NCBI GenBank assembly: GCA_031411295.1
Contig: JANOAV010000040.1
Coordinates: forward strand, 1-64,000
DNA from: Verrucomicrobiales bacterium
GTDB lineage: Bacteria > Verrucomicrobiota > Verrucomicrobiia > Verrucomicrobiales > V1-33
DNA: 64,000 nucleotides
Direction of reading: 5' to 3'
A program made the position numbers and the translations under genes. This document shows positions 38,882 through 47,392 of this stretch, piece by piece; positions within the stretch are counted from its first letter, which is position 1, and each line of letters starts with the position of its first letter. The notes under the pieces were generated by a model, which was given only the letters and a program-made list of their open reading frames with translations, had not been told where the DNA came from and made no database searches.

Positions 38882-41506
38882 ATGAGACACTTCACTTCAA
38901 TGAATCGACTTCCCTTACTACTATTGGCTGGCATAGTGTGCGGCAAAATGGCGGATGTAGCTCGAGGTGGAAACATTGCCTATTGGAGATTTGAACCTGG
39001 TGCGCTCACGAGTGACTCCGGTGGTAATCCGTCCGGCCCATTTAATCTAACCAATGTGGGAGGGAACAACAACAACGATGCGCTTTCCTTGCCCCTGTCA
39101 GGCAATGGTTCGTTTTTCCCAAAAATCATTCCTTTGACTGGGCAAGCGAATTTGCAGGCGACCGTATTCACTCCAACGGAATCTCCGGGTGACATTTTTA
39201 ATGCCGGATCACGATCAGCCCTTTCCTTGGAATCAACCACGATTGAGGCCTTCGTAACCCTAACGGGAGCGCAACAATCATTTTTGGAACGCGTCATCTA
39301 TGCCCGGGAGACCTTCTATTCCCTTGGACTTTCTGGTTCGAGTTCGGGTTCTGTTCCAGCGTTTACCGCCCAAATGCGGCTGAACAGCGGTCAGACTGTC
39401 TCCCGAAAATTTCTGGCCCCACCCTCGTTCGTGATGAATCAAAATACGGACTATTATGTGGCTGCCAGTTCCAGCCTGATAGGCAACAGCACTGCTGGCC
39501 ATTTGCGTTGTGTCACCTTTTACTTAAAGGATCTTACCGCGAATGGTCCACTCCGCATGGCGACGAACATGTCATTTGATTCGACCATTGTCTCGTATTC
39601 GTCCACTTGGGCCTATATCGGTTATGAAGGATTTAGTAATCAATTCTACTGGGAAGGGTTGATGGATGAATTGCGAATTTCCGACAAGGCACTCAGCCAG
39701 TCGGAACTGCTCCTCACAGCCCCCAGTCAAGGTTTGCCAATCGTTACCGTAACGGCCTTGGACCCCTCGGCAAGTGAGTCGGGGGATCCCGCCAAATTCC
39801 GTGTCAGCCGCACTGGCCCCACGACCAGTTCCCTATTGGTCAGCTTTGCGGTTAATAGTGAGGCGGCTGAAGGATCTGATTTTTCTGCCATTGGGACCAC
39901 CTTGCTTATCCCATCCGGCCAAGCATACGCCGACATCGACATCCTGCCTCTTCAGGACGGCTCCTATGAACCGCCTGAAAGAATTGTGGTAACCATACAA
40001 CTGGATCCCGCCTACGTCATCGGAACGGAAATGCTAGATACAGCCGTGATCTTGGATGATGAAATTCAAAGCTACGTGTTCTCCACAGACACGGTTACAG
40101 TAAACGAAGGGTCAAACAACACGTTCACCGTAAGGCTGGCCAACCCTCCCAGCACCATCCTGTATGCCACCATCAGTCGTTCAGCGGGCGATACAAATCT
40201 GACCGTCAGCCCCTCCATTCTGGTTTTTACCCCATCGAACTATGCCACGCCCCAGACTGTGACGATTAACGCTGCGGAGGATGTGGATGCAGTCAATGGC
40301 AGCGCCACCATTAGCTGTAGTTCCCCTGGTATCCTGCAAAATGTCACGGCCGTGGAAGTCGAAAATGATCCCATTGGCTTCATTGTTTCAAACACTGGCT
40401 TTTCAGTTACGGAAGGAGCTACGGGGACATTCACGGTGCGTCTCAATGCGCCTCCCGTCGCGCAGGTGGCGGTGAGCGTGGCACGGACTGCTGGTGACAC
40501 GGACATATCTGTCAGCGGGGGATCTTCGTTGGATTTCTCAAGTGCCAACTGGGATAGCCCACAAACTGTCACCTTGACTGCAGCCGCAGACGCTGATGCA
40601 GCCATCGGTTCGGCCACCATCAGTGTTTCGTCTCCGGGTTATGCAACGGCCAATCTCACGGTTACTGAACAGGATACCACTCCCCAGGCCATTCTCCCTT
40701 CACTTACTTCCGTCAACGTATCGGAAGGTGGATCGAACACCTTTACAGTGCTGTTGCAGGCACAACCAGGAGCCAACATCGTGGTGGGAGTAGCCCGGAC
40801 CTCAGGTGACGCCAGCATTACGGTGAGCCCGGCAACGCTGACATTCACCTCTACAGACTGGAACCTGGCCCAGACGGTGACGTTGAATGCGGCGGAGGAT
40901 CCCGACGCCGCCGTGGGGGTTGCCAGTATAACCCTTTCCTCCACTGGTCTGACCAGCAAGATTGTAACGGCTGGGGAAGTGGAAAACGACACGCTTGGTA
41001 TTATACTCACACCTAATGTGACTTCAATCAATGAAGGGGGCACTGGCACGTTCACTGTGCAATTAAGTGCCCAGCCACTCGCAGCGACCACTGTTAATTT
41101 TACACGAACCAGCGGAGACACGGATCTGAGCATCACGGGGGGCTCCTCCAAAACATTTTCCACTGCCAATTGGAACGCTCCTCAGTCAGTCACCCTGACT
41201 TGCTTGGAAGATGCAGATTTAGTCAATGGCAGCACCTTATTCACCGCGGCTGCTGCTGGCTTGCCGAGTGTCACTCTCAACGTTACTGAAAATGACAACG
41301 ATCTTTTCTTGGCACTCATAACCAGGAATCAGGCAGGGGTGACCGTTTCTTGCTTGGGGATGCAGAATGGCGTGACTTATTCGGTGTTGCGATCATTCGA
41401 TTTAACAAATTGGACCAAGCAGGCTGAGATCACGACCGTGATTCCATCGCATTCAGCAAACCTGGAGCCTAATCAACCAAAGGTTTTCTACCGTGTCTCA
41501 AAATAG
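38882..41506 (+). CDS. Secreted protein: LamG-like domain, Calx-beta domain, four Ig-like repeats and a C-terminal module
   Basis: Signal peptide; AYWRFE ... WEGLMDELRISDKALS; ASESG..F.VSRTG..D..YEPPE; repeats VxEG...FTVxL..P...V.RT.GD...F...NW...QTVTL.A.ED.D; C-terminal RSFDLTNW...KVFYRV. Confidence 0.85.
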   Translation: MRHFTSMNRLPLLLLAGIVCGKMADVARGGNIAYWRFEPGALTSDSGGNPSGPFNLTNVGGNNNNDALSLPLSGNGSFFPKIIPLTGQANLQATVFTPTESPGDIFNAGSRSALSLESTTIEAFVTLTGAQQSFLERVIYARETFYSLGLSGSSSGSVPAFTAQMRLNSGQTVSRKFLAPPSFVMNQNTDYYVAASSSLIGNSTAGHLRCVTFYLKDLTANGPLRMATNMSFDSTIVSYSSTWAYIGYEGFSNQFYWEGLMDELRISDKALSQSELLLTAPSQGLPIVTVTALDPSASESGDPAKFRVSRTGPTTSSLLVSFAVNSEAAEGSDFSAIGTTLLIPSGQAYADIDILPLQDGSYEPPERIVVTIQLDPAYVIGTEMLDTAVILDDEIQSYVFSTDTVTVNEGSNNTFTVRLANPPSTILYATISRSAGDTNLTVSPSILVFTPSNYATPQTVTINAAEDVDAVNGSATISCSSPGILQNVTAVEVENDPIGFIVSNTGFSVTEGATGTFTVRLNAPPVAQVAVSVARTAGDTDISVSGGSSLDFSSANWDSPQTVTLTAAADADAAIGSATISVSSPGYATANLTVTEQDTTPQAILPSLTSVNVSEGGSNTFTVLLQAQPGANIVVGVARTSGDASITVSPATLTFTSTDWNLAQTVTLNAAEDPDAAVGVASITLSSTGLTSKIVTAGEVENDTLGIILTPNVTSINEGGTGTFTVQLSAQPLAATTVNFTRTSGDTDLSITGGSSKTFSTANWNAPQSVTLTCLEDADLVNGSTLFTAAAAGLPSVTLNVTENDNDLFLALITRNQAGVTVSCLGMQNGVTYSVLRSFDLTNWTKQAEITTVIPSHSANLEPNQPKVFYRVSK

Positions 41507-41644
41507 CTTTGGGCCGACGCCTTGCGGGCAACTGGTGAGCACTGCATACGAACAGGAACGGACCAACAATCAGGGGTAGCACCGTGAGGTGTTACCAGGT
41601 GAGGGAAATGTGCTCACTCTTGGCTGGGGCGGAAATAGCCGGTT

Positions 41645-41866
41645 TTCCCACGGCAACTCCTCGATCTCCCAAGGGAACGCCCCACCTTTCCATGGAAATT
41701 GCCCGATTTCCCACAGAAACACGCCGGATTCCTATGGAAATCCCTCGAATTCCCGAGGAAACTTTCCGTTTCCCCACGGAAACCCGGTGATTTCCCATGG
41801 AAACTCCACGAATTCCTGTGGGAACCTCTCGAATTCCCATGGGAAAACGAAGAATCCCCGTGGGAA
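41645..41866. repeat. Array of 11 quasi-palindromic 12-mers at an exact 21-bp period with variable 9-bp linkers
   Basis: Cores start at 41645, 41666, 41687, 41708, 41729, 41750, 41771, 41792, 41813, 41834, 41855; consensus TTCCCATGGRAA; decayed half-units at 41624 and 41876. Confidence 0.95.
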
Positions 41867-41901
41867 TTCGTTAAATTCCCTTAATTACCTCTTAAAAATC
41901 C

Positions 41902-41923
41902 ATAACCTTTCGGGAGGGGTTAT
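41902..41923 (+). other. Hairpin just after the 21-bp array
   Basis: ATAACCTTT-CGGG-AGGGGTTAT: 9-bp stem that needs two G-U pairs, so it is complete only as + strand RNA. Confidence 0.5.
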
Positions 41924-41972
41924 AAGAATTTGCCCGATTTAATCGAAAAATAAGCAACAATCGGGAAATAAC

Positions 41973-42000
41973 TTGCCAGCACATTCAATTTTGATAGAAT
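41973..42000 (+). promoter_or_regulatory. Sigma70-type promoter for the FN3-protein gene
   Basis: -35 TTGCCA (41973-78), 16-bp spacer, extended -10 TGnTAGAAT (41992-42000), 37 bp before ATG 42038, in an AT-rich tract. Confidence 0.6.
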
Positions 42001-42037
42001 ACCCGCGTTGGTTTTTTAAATTCAAACAAACATAAAG

Positions 42038-42772
42038 ATGCCGCGATGGGACGAGCCTGGTCTAACATTCGATAATCCATTGTTTCACTACGATGACCCA
42101 CGCAGCGTGGCAGAAATACTTAACACTCAACAAACCAAAGCTATGTTCGACGTTGTTTTAGATATCAAGAGCCTGTCCGTGCCCGACCTCGTCCTCCGTG
42201 CCAAAGCCATCCGCAAAGGAATTGCCGACACACCAGTCTTCTCAAGCCTCAGCGCGGATCTCACCGCACTGGACGGCCTTATCACCACGCTGGAAACCCT
42301 CCAGACCGACCAAGCCACCGCCAAAGCCGCTTTCAGCAACGCCACCGCCGCCCGAGACGCCGGACAGGGAGCCGTCAACGCAGCCCTCAACAAGCTGGCG
42401 TCCAACATAGCAAAACTAGCCACCACCGAGGCCCAGGTCATCTCCGCCCAAATGCGCCTCAAAGAAAAACCCGGCCCCAAACCCATCCCCGATACCCCCA
42501 CTGGCCTGGAACTCACCATGGGAGACGAAGACGGAGAACTCTCCGGCCACTGCAACGGCCAGAGCGGCATCGTGGAATACTACGAGATCCGCTACACCAC
42601 CTCCGATCCCCTCCTCCCCGCCACCACCTGGCAATTTGCCGACACCAGCAAAAAATCCAGCTTCGACCTCGCCAACCTCCCCTCCGGCCAAAAAGTCTGG
42701 GTCCAACTCCGCGCCTGCAACGCCCGAGGCAAATCCGGCTGGTGTGACCCAGCGTGCAAACGCGTTCCCTAA
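42038..42772 (+). CDS. Hypothetical cytoplasmic protein: N-terminal W/D/aromatic tag, alpha-helical bundle and C-terminal fibronectin type III-like domain
   Basis: No signal peptide; Ala/Leu/Thr amphipathic helices (res ~45-140); PxxPTGL..., YEIRY, LxNLPSGQKVWVQLRACNARGKSGW FN3 pattern. Alternative start 42143. Confidence 0.85.
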   Translation: MPRWDEPGLTFDNPLFHYDDPRSVAEILNTQQTKAMFDVVLDIKSLSVPDLVLRAKAIRKGIADTPVFSSLSADLTALDGLITTLETLQTDQATAKAAFSNATAARDAGQGAVNAALNKLASNIAKLATTEAQVISAQMRLKEKPGPKPIPDTPTGLELTMGDEDGELSGHCNGQSGIVEYYEIRYTTSDPLLPATTWQFADTSKKSSFDLANLPSGQKVWVQLRACNARGKSGWCDPACKRVP

Positions 42773-42846
42773 TCTTAGTCCCAACGCCCGTTTCACGCCC
42801 TCCCTGCCGCCCCTCGCGCCCGCCGTTTTTTCCGTTGTCATAATCC

Positions 42847-42880
42847 GCAGGAATTCACGCTCATTTGAGCGTAAACCTGC
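42847..42880. terminator. Hairpin downstream of the FN3-protein gene
   Basis: GCAGG..ACGCTCA-TT-TGAGCGT..CCTGC. Confidence 0.4.
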
Positions 42881-42956
42881 AAATACGTTGACGATCACGC
42901 GCATCTGCGGCTAAATCCCAGCAAAATTCCACTATGAAATCACTACCCCGCGCAAA

Positions 42957-43029
42957 CACCGACAAATCTGTCGCCTATAAAGAAGCTCGGCAAAATTCGA
43001 CACTTCTGTCGGTGATCACCTAGTTCGGC
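42957..43029 (+). mobile_element. Degenerate attC-like site ending in core GTTCGGC (left boundary of cassette 1)
   Basis: CACCGACA...TGTCG / CGACA...TGTCGGTG inverted arms, then GTTCGGC at 43023-43029; no intact inverse core upstream. Confidence 0.55.
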
Positions 43030-43044
43030 TTACCAACCCACATT

Positions 43045-43353
43045 ATGACTACGAATACAGAATCACAAGAAACCAGGCTTGCTGCCATGGAGCATCATAT
43101 GCAACGACTCAGGCTAGCGGTGTTCTTGATTTGGCCTGCGGTTTGGATTATTTCAGTATTTGCACTCTTCACGACCACCAAGCTCGATGCGGCAACAATT
43201 AATCCGTTCCTCGATTTGGTTGGAACGATGGCAATTGTAGTTGTGGTAGCAGCTTTACTCTTGGGGTTTTTATTTTTCGTGGCCAGAACGGCATCTGATT
43301 TCAAAAATCGGGGTGTGCAATTCCCACTAAATCCCGGAAGTAAAAAACCCTGA
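43045..43353 (+). CDS. Integron-cassette gene 1: small two-TM membrane protein
   Basis: Two hydrophobic helices; starts 15 bp after GTTCGGC and is followed by an attC; looks more AT-rich than its flanks. Confidence 0.72.
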   Translation: MTTNTESQETRLAAMEHHMQRLRLAVFLIWPAVWIISVFALFTTTKLDAATINPFLDLVGTMAIVVVVAALLLGFLFFVARTASDFKNRGVQFPLNPGSKKP

Positions 43354-43388
43354 ATCTCCGCTTGATGCAAATGTCCGAACGACTCCTA

Positions 43389-43492
43389 GCCGAACAAGAA
43401 CGCGGCTGCCGACTAGCGGTAGCCCAGGAGTATTTTCTGAAATCTTCAGCGTCAGCACGGCTACCGCTAGCCGCAGCGCTCTAACGTTCGCC
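43389..43492 (+). mobile_element. Integron attC recombination site (104 bp)
   Basis: Inverse core GCCGAAC (43389-95), core GTTCGCC (43486-92), perfect 12-bp inverted repeat CTAGCGGTAGCC/GGCTACCGCTAG, L-box-like pairing with a bulged base. Confidence 0.85.
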
Positions 43493-43530
43493 GTCGCTCT
43501 CGTCTCCCCACAATCTACACAATCAACACT

Positions 43531-44181
43531 ATGAAGACTACCATCCGAACCGCCATCATCTGCTTCGTCGTGGCATCCATCGCCATCGCAGCCACTACCA
43601 AACCAAGTCGGCTTACACCCAACCGCATTGCCGAGTTGACCGCTCCAAGCGATGCACCCAAAGCCAAAACCTACAAAGTTGCGGTTACAGGTTTGCAGCG
43701 CCCATCTCCCACTCCCGCCGGGAAAAACGCCCCCATTGGCGTAACCCTTCCTGCCGACAAACCACAGGCAGTGCTCGAATGCATCCGTGAGTTCCGCTTT
43801 CCTATCGAGTTTACCCCACCTGCAACCACCGCGAAAGATTCTGAGCTCCCAATTACCCCGACCACACCGGTGACGTTCGAGACCGTCAACACGGGCTGGA
43901 CGATTCGCCTGTCCGCCAAGCCACACGGGAAGCTCATCGCTGTCTATGGCGTCGCCGATTATACCGAGGCTGAGATGATTCCCGGTGGTTACGGCGCGTT
44001 AGCCGGCCCTATTTATACGGAGCAGGGCGACGTCATCACCCCGAACAAACTTGACCAGCCGAAGTTCCAGACCACGACCACCCGCTTCCATATTTTCGCG
44101 CTTCCCGGCGAGGCATACGAAGTCACGCTCTATCGCGGAACCAAGGCCGAGAAGCATACAGTCACCATCACAACTGAATGA
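43531..44181 (+). CDS. Integron-cassette gene 2: secreted hypothetical protein
   Basis: Signal peptide MKTTIRTAIICFVVASIAIA; lies between the attC core and an inverse-core-like GGCTAAC (44189-95). Confidence 0.75.
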   Translation: MKTTIRTAIICFVVASIAIAATTKPSRLTPNRIAELTAPSDAPKAKTYKVAVTGLQRPSPTPAGKNAPIGVTLPADKPQAVLECIREFRFPIEFTPPATTAKDSELPITPTTPVTFETVNTGWTIRLSAKPHGKLIAVYGVADYTEAEMIPGGYGALAGPIYTEQGDVITPNKLDQPKFQTTTTRFHIFALPGEAYEVTLYRGTKAEKHTVTITTE

Positions 44182-44476
44182 CCGCAACGGCTAACCTTCA
44201 AAGCTATTAGTGGTTGGACAGACCCGGTGATTCACTCAGACCTTTCGGCCTCAGTGGCTGATCGGCGGGCCGATGCGTGCGTGATGCCTCCACCAGCCCT
44301 GCTACAGCCGCAGCCGCGTGACTGCCTTGAATGCCCAGTGGGTAACCTAAGCTGGACTGAACTACGATGGCCATCGGTATGATCCAGTGAATGGCGGTGG
44401 CGAGGGAGGGATCCGATTGGGTTGGTAATTTTTTGTCCTCCGCCCCAAAGGAGTTAACTGGATTGAAAGTTGCCGA

Positions 44477-45838
44477 CTACGATGCCGCTTGAAATGCCTC
44501 CCAGCAGGCGACGAAACCGTCTGCGAAATCCTGCGGCCGCGCTTGGATCCAGTCGGTGATTTCTGCCACGGGAAACCACGCCACACCTTCGATTTCACTG
44601 CTGGGGTAAGTCACCGCTCCGGTGTAGTCGGTGCGGAATAGCTCCACCCATTCGAAGCCCGTGGCTTGGCAGGGGCGGATTTTTGCGATCTTGGTCAGTT
44701 GTTGGGCTGGCTTGACGATCCCCAGTTCTTCCTCCAACTCCCGCACTGCCGCAGGCAAATAGACCTCCCCAGAATCGACATGCCCGGCCGCACTCGAGTC
44801 CCATTTCTCCGGCATGGCATCCTTCAAATGACTCCGTTTCTGGAGGAGCAACTCTCCGAATTTATTGAAGACGAAAATATGAATCGCGCGATGAGCCAAC
44901 CCTTCGGCGTGAACTTCGCCACGCGTCTTCTGGCCGATGACTTGATCTTCGTTATCCACGACGTCGAAAATTTCTCCTGCCTTCTGCGGCACGTCCTTGA
45001 GTTCATGGGTATCGTAGAGCCGCCCGAGCTGAACCCACTGCAAGAGCGTTAATTCTTCGGCCCGCGCGGTCTCGATGGCCCCGATCTCCCGGGCCAGTTC
45101 CGTCCAGGGCAGGTCATTGGTTGGCAGTGTTTTGCGGAGCATTTTCCGCCGTTGATTGAATCCCATGCGCAGGATGCGATCGAAGACTTTTTCATCAAAG
45201 GTCGGCAACTCGTGACGGGGCCGTGGCACCAGACTCATGACCGCCGAGTGGACCTTCGGCTGCGGCACGAAGATATCCGGCGGCAGCACGCGCAAATTTT
45301 GGGTGACCCACCGGGCTTGCACCCGCAGGCTCAAGAGTCCCCGATCCGAAGTGCTGGGCGGAGCACAGATGCGGTCGATAACCTCCTTCTGCATCACAAA
45401 AACCGCACGCGTGACCGGGCTGGGATTCTCCATGAAATTCCTGACAATTTCCGTCCCGCAGGAATAGGGCAACGCACCAATGACCTTAAGTGGCTGGGCT
45501 TTGAACAAGGTGCGGAGGTCGAATCGCAGTGCATCCCCCTCAATGATTTCCACCGGATAATCCCGCAACTCTTCGCGCAACCTGGCGGCCAAGCGGGCGT
45601 CCTTTTCCAGCAGAATCAGACGCTTCCCCTTCCCCAGCAAATGTTGCGTCAGCGCGCCCAACCCCGGACCGATTTCCAGGACAGTATCCTCCGGGGTAAT
45701 GTCCAACTGCTCGGTGATCCAGCGAGCCACCTCCACATCGGTCAGGAAATTCTGCCCCATGCCACGGCTTGGCTCGACGTTGTGGGTGAGCAACGCGGAT
45801 TTAATTGAGGAACGTGAGTTTGGGGCTTGATGGGACAT
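44477..45838 (-). CDS. rsmA: 16S rRNA m6,2A dimethyltransferase RsmA/KsgA fused to a C-terminal Nudix (IDI-like) hydrolase
   Basis: MGQNFL, VLEIGPGLGALT, GALPY, QKEV, F.PQPKVHSAV, FNQRRKML, RAEEL; then HRAIHIFVFN..LLLQKRS..KD..P.KWD and Nudix box GHVDSGE.Y..AAVRELEEELGI. Confidence 0.92.
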   Translation of the reverse strand: MSHQAPNSRSSIKSALLTHNVEPSRGMGQNFLTDVEVARWITEQLDITPEDTVLEIGPGLGALTQHLLGKGKRLILLEKDARLAARLREELRDYPVEIIEGDALRFDLRTLFKAQPLKVIGALPYSCGTEIVRNFMENPSPVTRAVFVMQKEVIDRICAPPSTSDRGLLSLRVQARWVTQNLRVLPPDIFVPQPKVHSAVMSLVPRPRHELPTFDEKVFDRILRMGFNQRRKMLRKTLPTNDLPWTELAREIGAIETARAEELTLLQWVQLGRLYDTHELKDVPQKAGEIFDVVDNEDQVIGQKTRGEVHAEGLAHRAIHIFVFNKFGELLLQKRSHLKDAMPEKWDSSAAGHVDSGEVYLPAAVRELEEELGIVKPAQQLTKIAKIRPCQATGFEWVELFRTDYTGAVTYPSSEIEGVAWFPVAEITDWIQARPQDFADGFVACWEAFQAAS

Positions 45839-45952
45839 GAGGGTATGCGATACTGCGGGCATTGGATTGTGGAAACGAGATAATTTCCACTGGCACAATT
45901 GGCAATCATGCTTATGCAACCAATCTTCAACTCCAACCTTCGTTCAATTTCC

Positions 45953-46567
45953 ATGCCCCCCTTCCTCACCCTCTGTTTCCGCTCGATCCCGCTCGTGGCT
46001 GCGGCCGCGCTGAGTTCCTGTGTTACCGCCAACTATACCGGTGCCACCAACTATCTTAACGGCCAAGTGGCTACCAATCCGGGAACCGTCAACGGGCTGC
46101 CCCCGGATACCGTTTCCTTCTGGGACGGCGGGGCGGGCAACGGTCCGGCCCGGATTCATCTCAAGCTGGGTGAACAAGTGGCGGATTTTTATCGCGGAGA
46201 CGTTCTCGTTGGCCGTTCCCGCGTTAGCAGTGGTGATGAGAATCACGGCACTCCCACCGGACGCCTCTCGGTGCTGGAGAAGGATCTGAACCACAAGTCC
46301 AGCCGCTACGGGGACTTCGTGGATGGAGCTGGCAATGTGGTGCAATCCAATGTGGACGTTAAGAAAGACCGCCCACCTGCGGGGACCCGTTTTGCCGGTT
46401 CTCCCATGACCCACTTCATGCGGTTGACCTACGATGGCGTGGGGATGCATACGGGCTTCCTCCCCGGCTACCCCGCCAGTCACGGCTGCATTCGGATGCC
46501 GGATCACATGGCCGCAACGTTCTTTGCGAATGTGTCGGTCGGCACCCCCGTGTTAGTAACCCACTAA
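45953..46567 (+). CDS. L,D-transpeptidase (YkuD) family lipoprotein
   Basis: Lipobox ALSSC, VSSG...TPTG, HTGFLPGYPASHGCIRM catalytic motif. Confidence 0.9.
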   Translation: MPPFLTLCFRSIPLVAAAALSSCVTANYTGATNYLNGQVATNPGTVNGLPPDTVSFWDGGAGNGPARIHLKLGEQVADFYRGDVLVGRSRVSSGDENHGTPTGRLSVLEKDLNHKSSRYGDFVDGAGNVVQSNVDVKKDRPPAGTRFAGSPMTHFMRLTYDGVGMHTGFLPGYPASHGCIRMPDHMAATFFANVSVGTPVLVTH

Positions 46568-46577
46568 CATCCGATTA

Positions 46578-47378
46578 ATGAAACCATACCGCGTCAAACC
46601 CAACGCAGCATTCAGCCTTGGGACCTACTCGACCAATGGCGACGTGGATCTGGGCACTAAAGAAGCGGCCCCCGCTCGCCTGCTGCAACTCCGCGAGGAC
46701 ATTCAATCCTTGCAGCGCATGCTCTATGCGGAGCAAAAGCAACGACTCCTGGTGATCCTTCAGGCCATGGATACTGGCGGGAAGGATGGCACGGTGCGGC
46801 AGGTATTCTCCGGCATTGATCCTCACGGCATGAGGGTCGTTCCTTTCAAGTCTCCCACCCAGATCGAGTTGGCCCATGATTTCCTCTGGCGGATCCACGC
46901 TCAAGCCCCCGCTGTGGGCGAAATCGTGGTCTTCAACCGCAGTCACTACGAAGATATTCTGGCCGTTAAGGTGAAGAATTTGCTCCCGAAGACCGTTTGG
47001 GAAAAGCGTTACGACCACATCATCAACTTCGAACGGATGCTAGTGGATGAAGGCACCACCATCATTAAGCTCTTCCTCCACATCTCTTACGACGAGCAAA
47101 GAAGACGCCTCCAGGAGCGCCTGGAAAATCCCCGCAAGCACTGGAAATTCGACCCAGAGGACATCAAAGATCGGGAGCGTTGGCCGAAGTTTATTTCCGC
47201 CTACGATGAAGTAATCGCGCGCACCGCCACGGACTTCGCTCCCTGGTATATTGTCCCGGCCGATCGTAAATGGTATCGCAATTTGGTTGTGGCGGAGACG
47301 GTCAAGGCCGCCCTGATCAAAATGGAACCCGCCTGGCCTGAGCAGAAGCACGACCTTAGTGCAGTGGTCTTGCGATAA
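46578..47378 (+). CDS. ppk2: Polyphosphate kinase 2 family (polyP:nucleotide phosphotransferase)
   Basis: LQAMDTGGKDG, FKSPT..ELAHDFLWR, FNRSHYED, KHWKF, APWYIVPADRKWYR. Confidence 0.93.
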   Translation: MKPYRVKPNAAFSLGTYSTNGDVDLGTKEAAPARLLQLREDIQSLQRMLYAEQKQRLLVILQAMDTGGKDGTVRQVFSGIDPHGMRVVPFKSPTQIELAHDFLWRIHAQAPAVGEIVVFNRSHYEDILAVKVKNLLPKTVWEKRYDHIINFERMLVDEGTTIIKLFLHISYDEQRRRLQERLENPRKHWKFDPEDIKDRERWPKFISAYDEVIARTATDFAPWYIVPADRKWYRNLVVAETVKAALIKMEPAWPEQKHDLSAVVLR

Positions 47379-47392
47379 CCGCCCACTGTGGG

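Noticed and set aside
41645..41866. CRISPR array
   Set aside because: 12-bp degenerate repeats and 9-bp linkers are far too short, the linkers share partial consensus (often ending GAW), and no cas genes are visible.
42143..42772. Strong C-over-G bias in the FN3 gene as evidence of foreign origin
   Set aside because: Similar + strand C-richness appears in ordinary genes (about 37.5-38.5 kb and 48-50.3 kb), so strand bias is a sufficient explanation.
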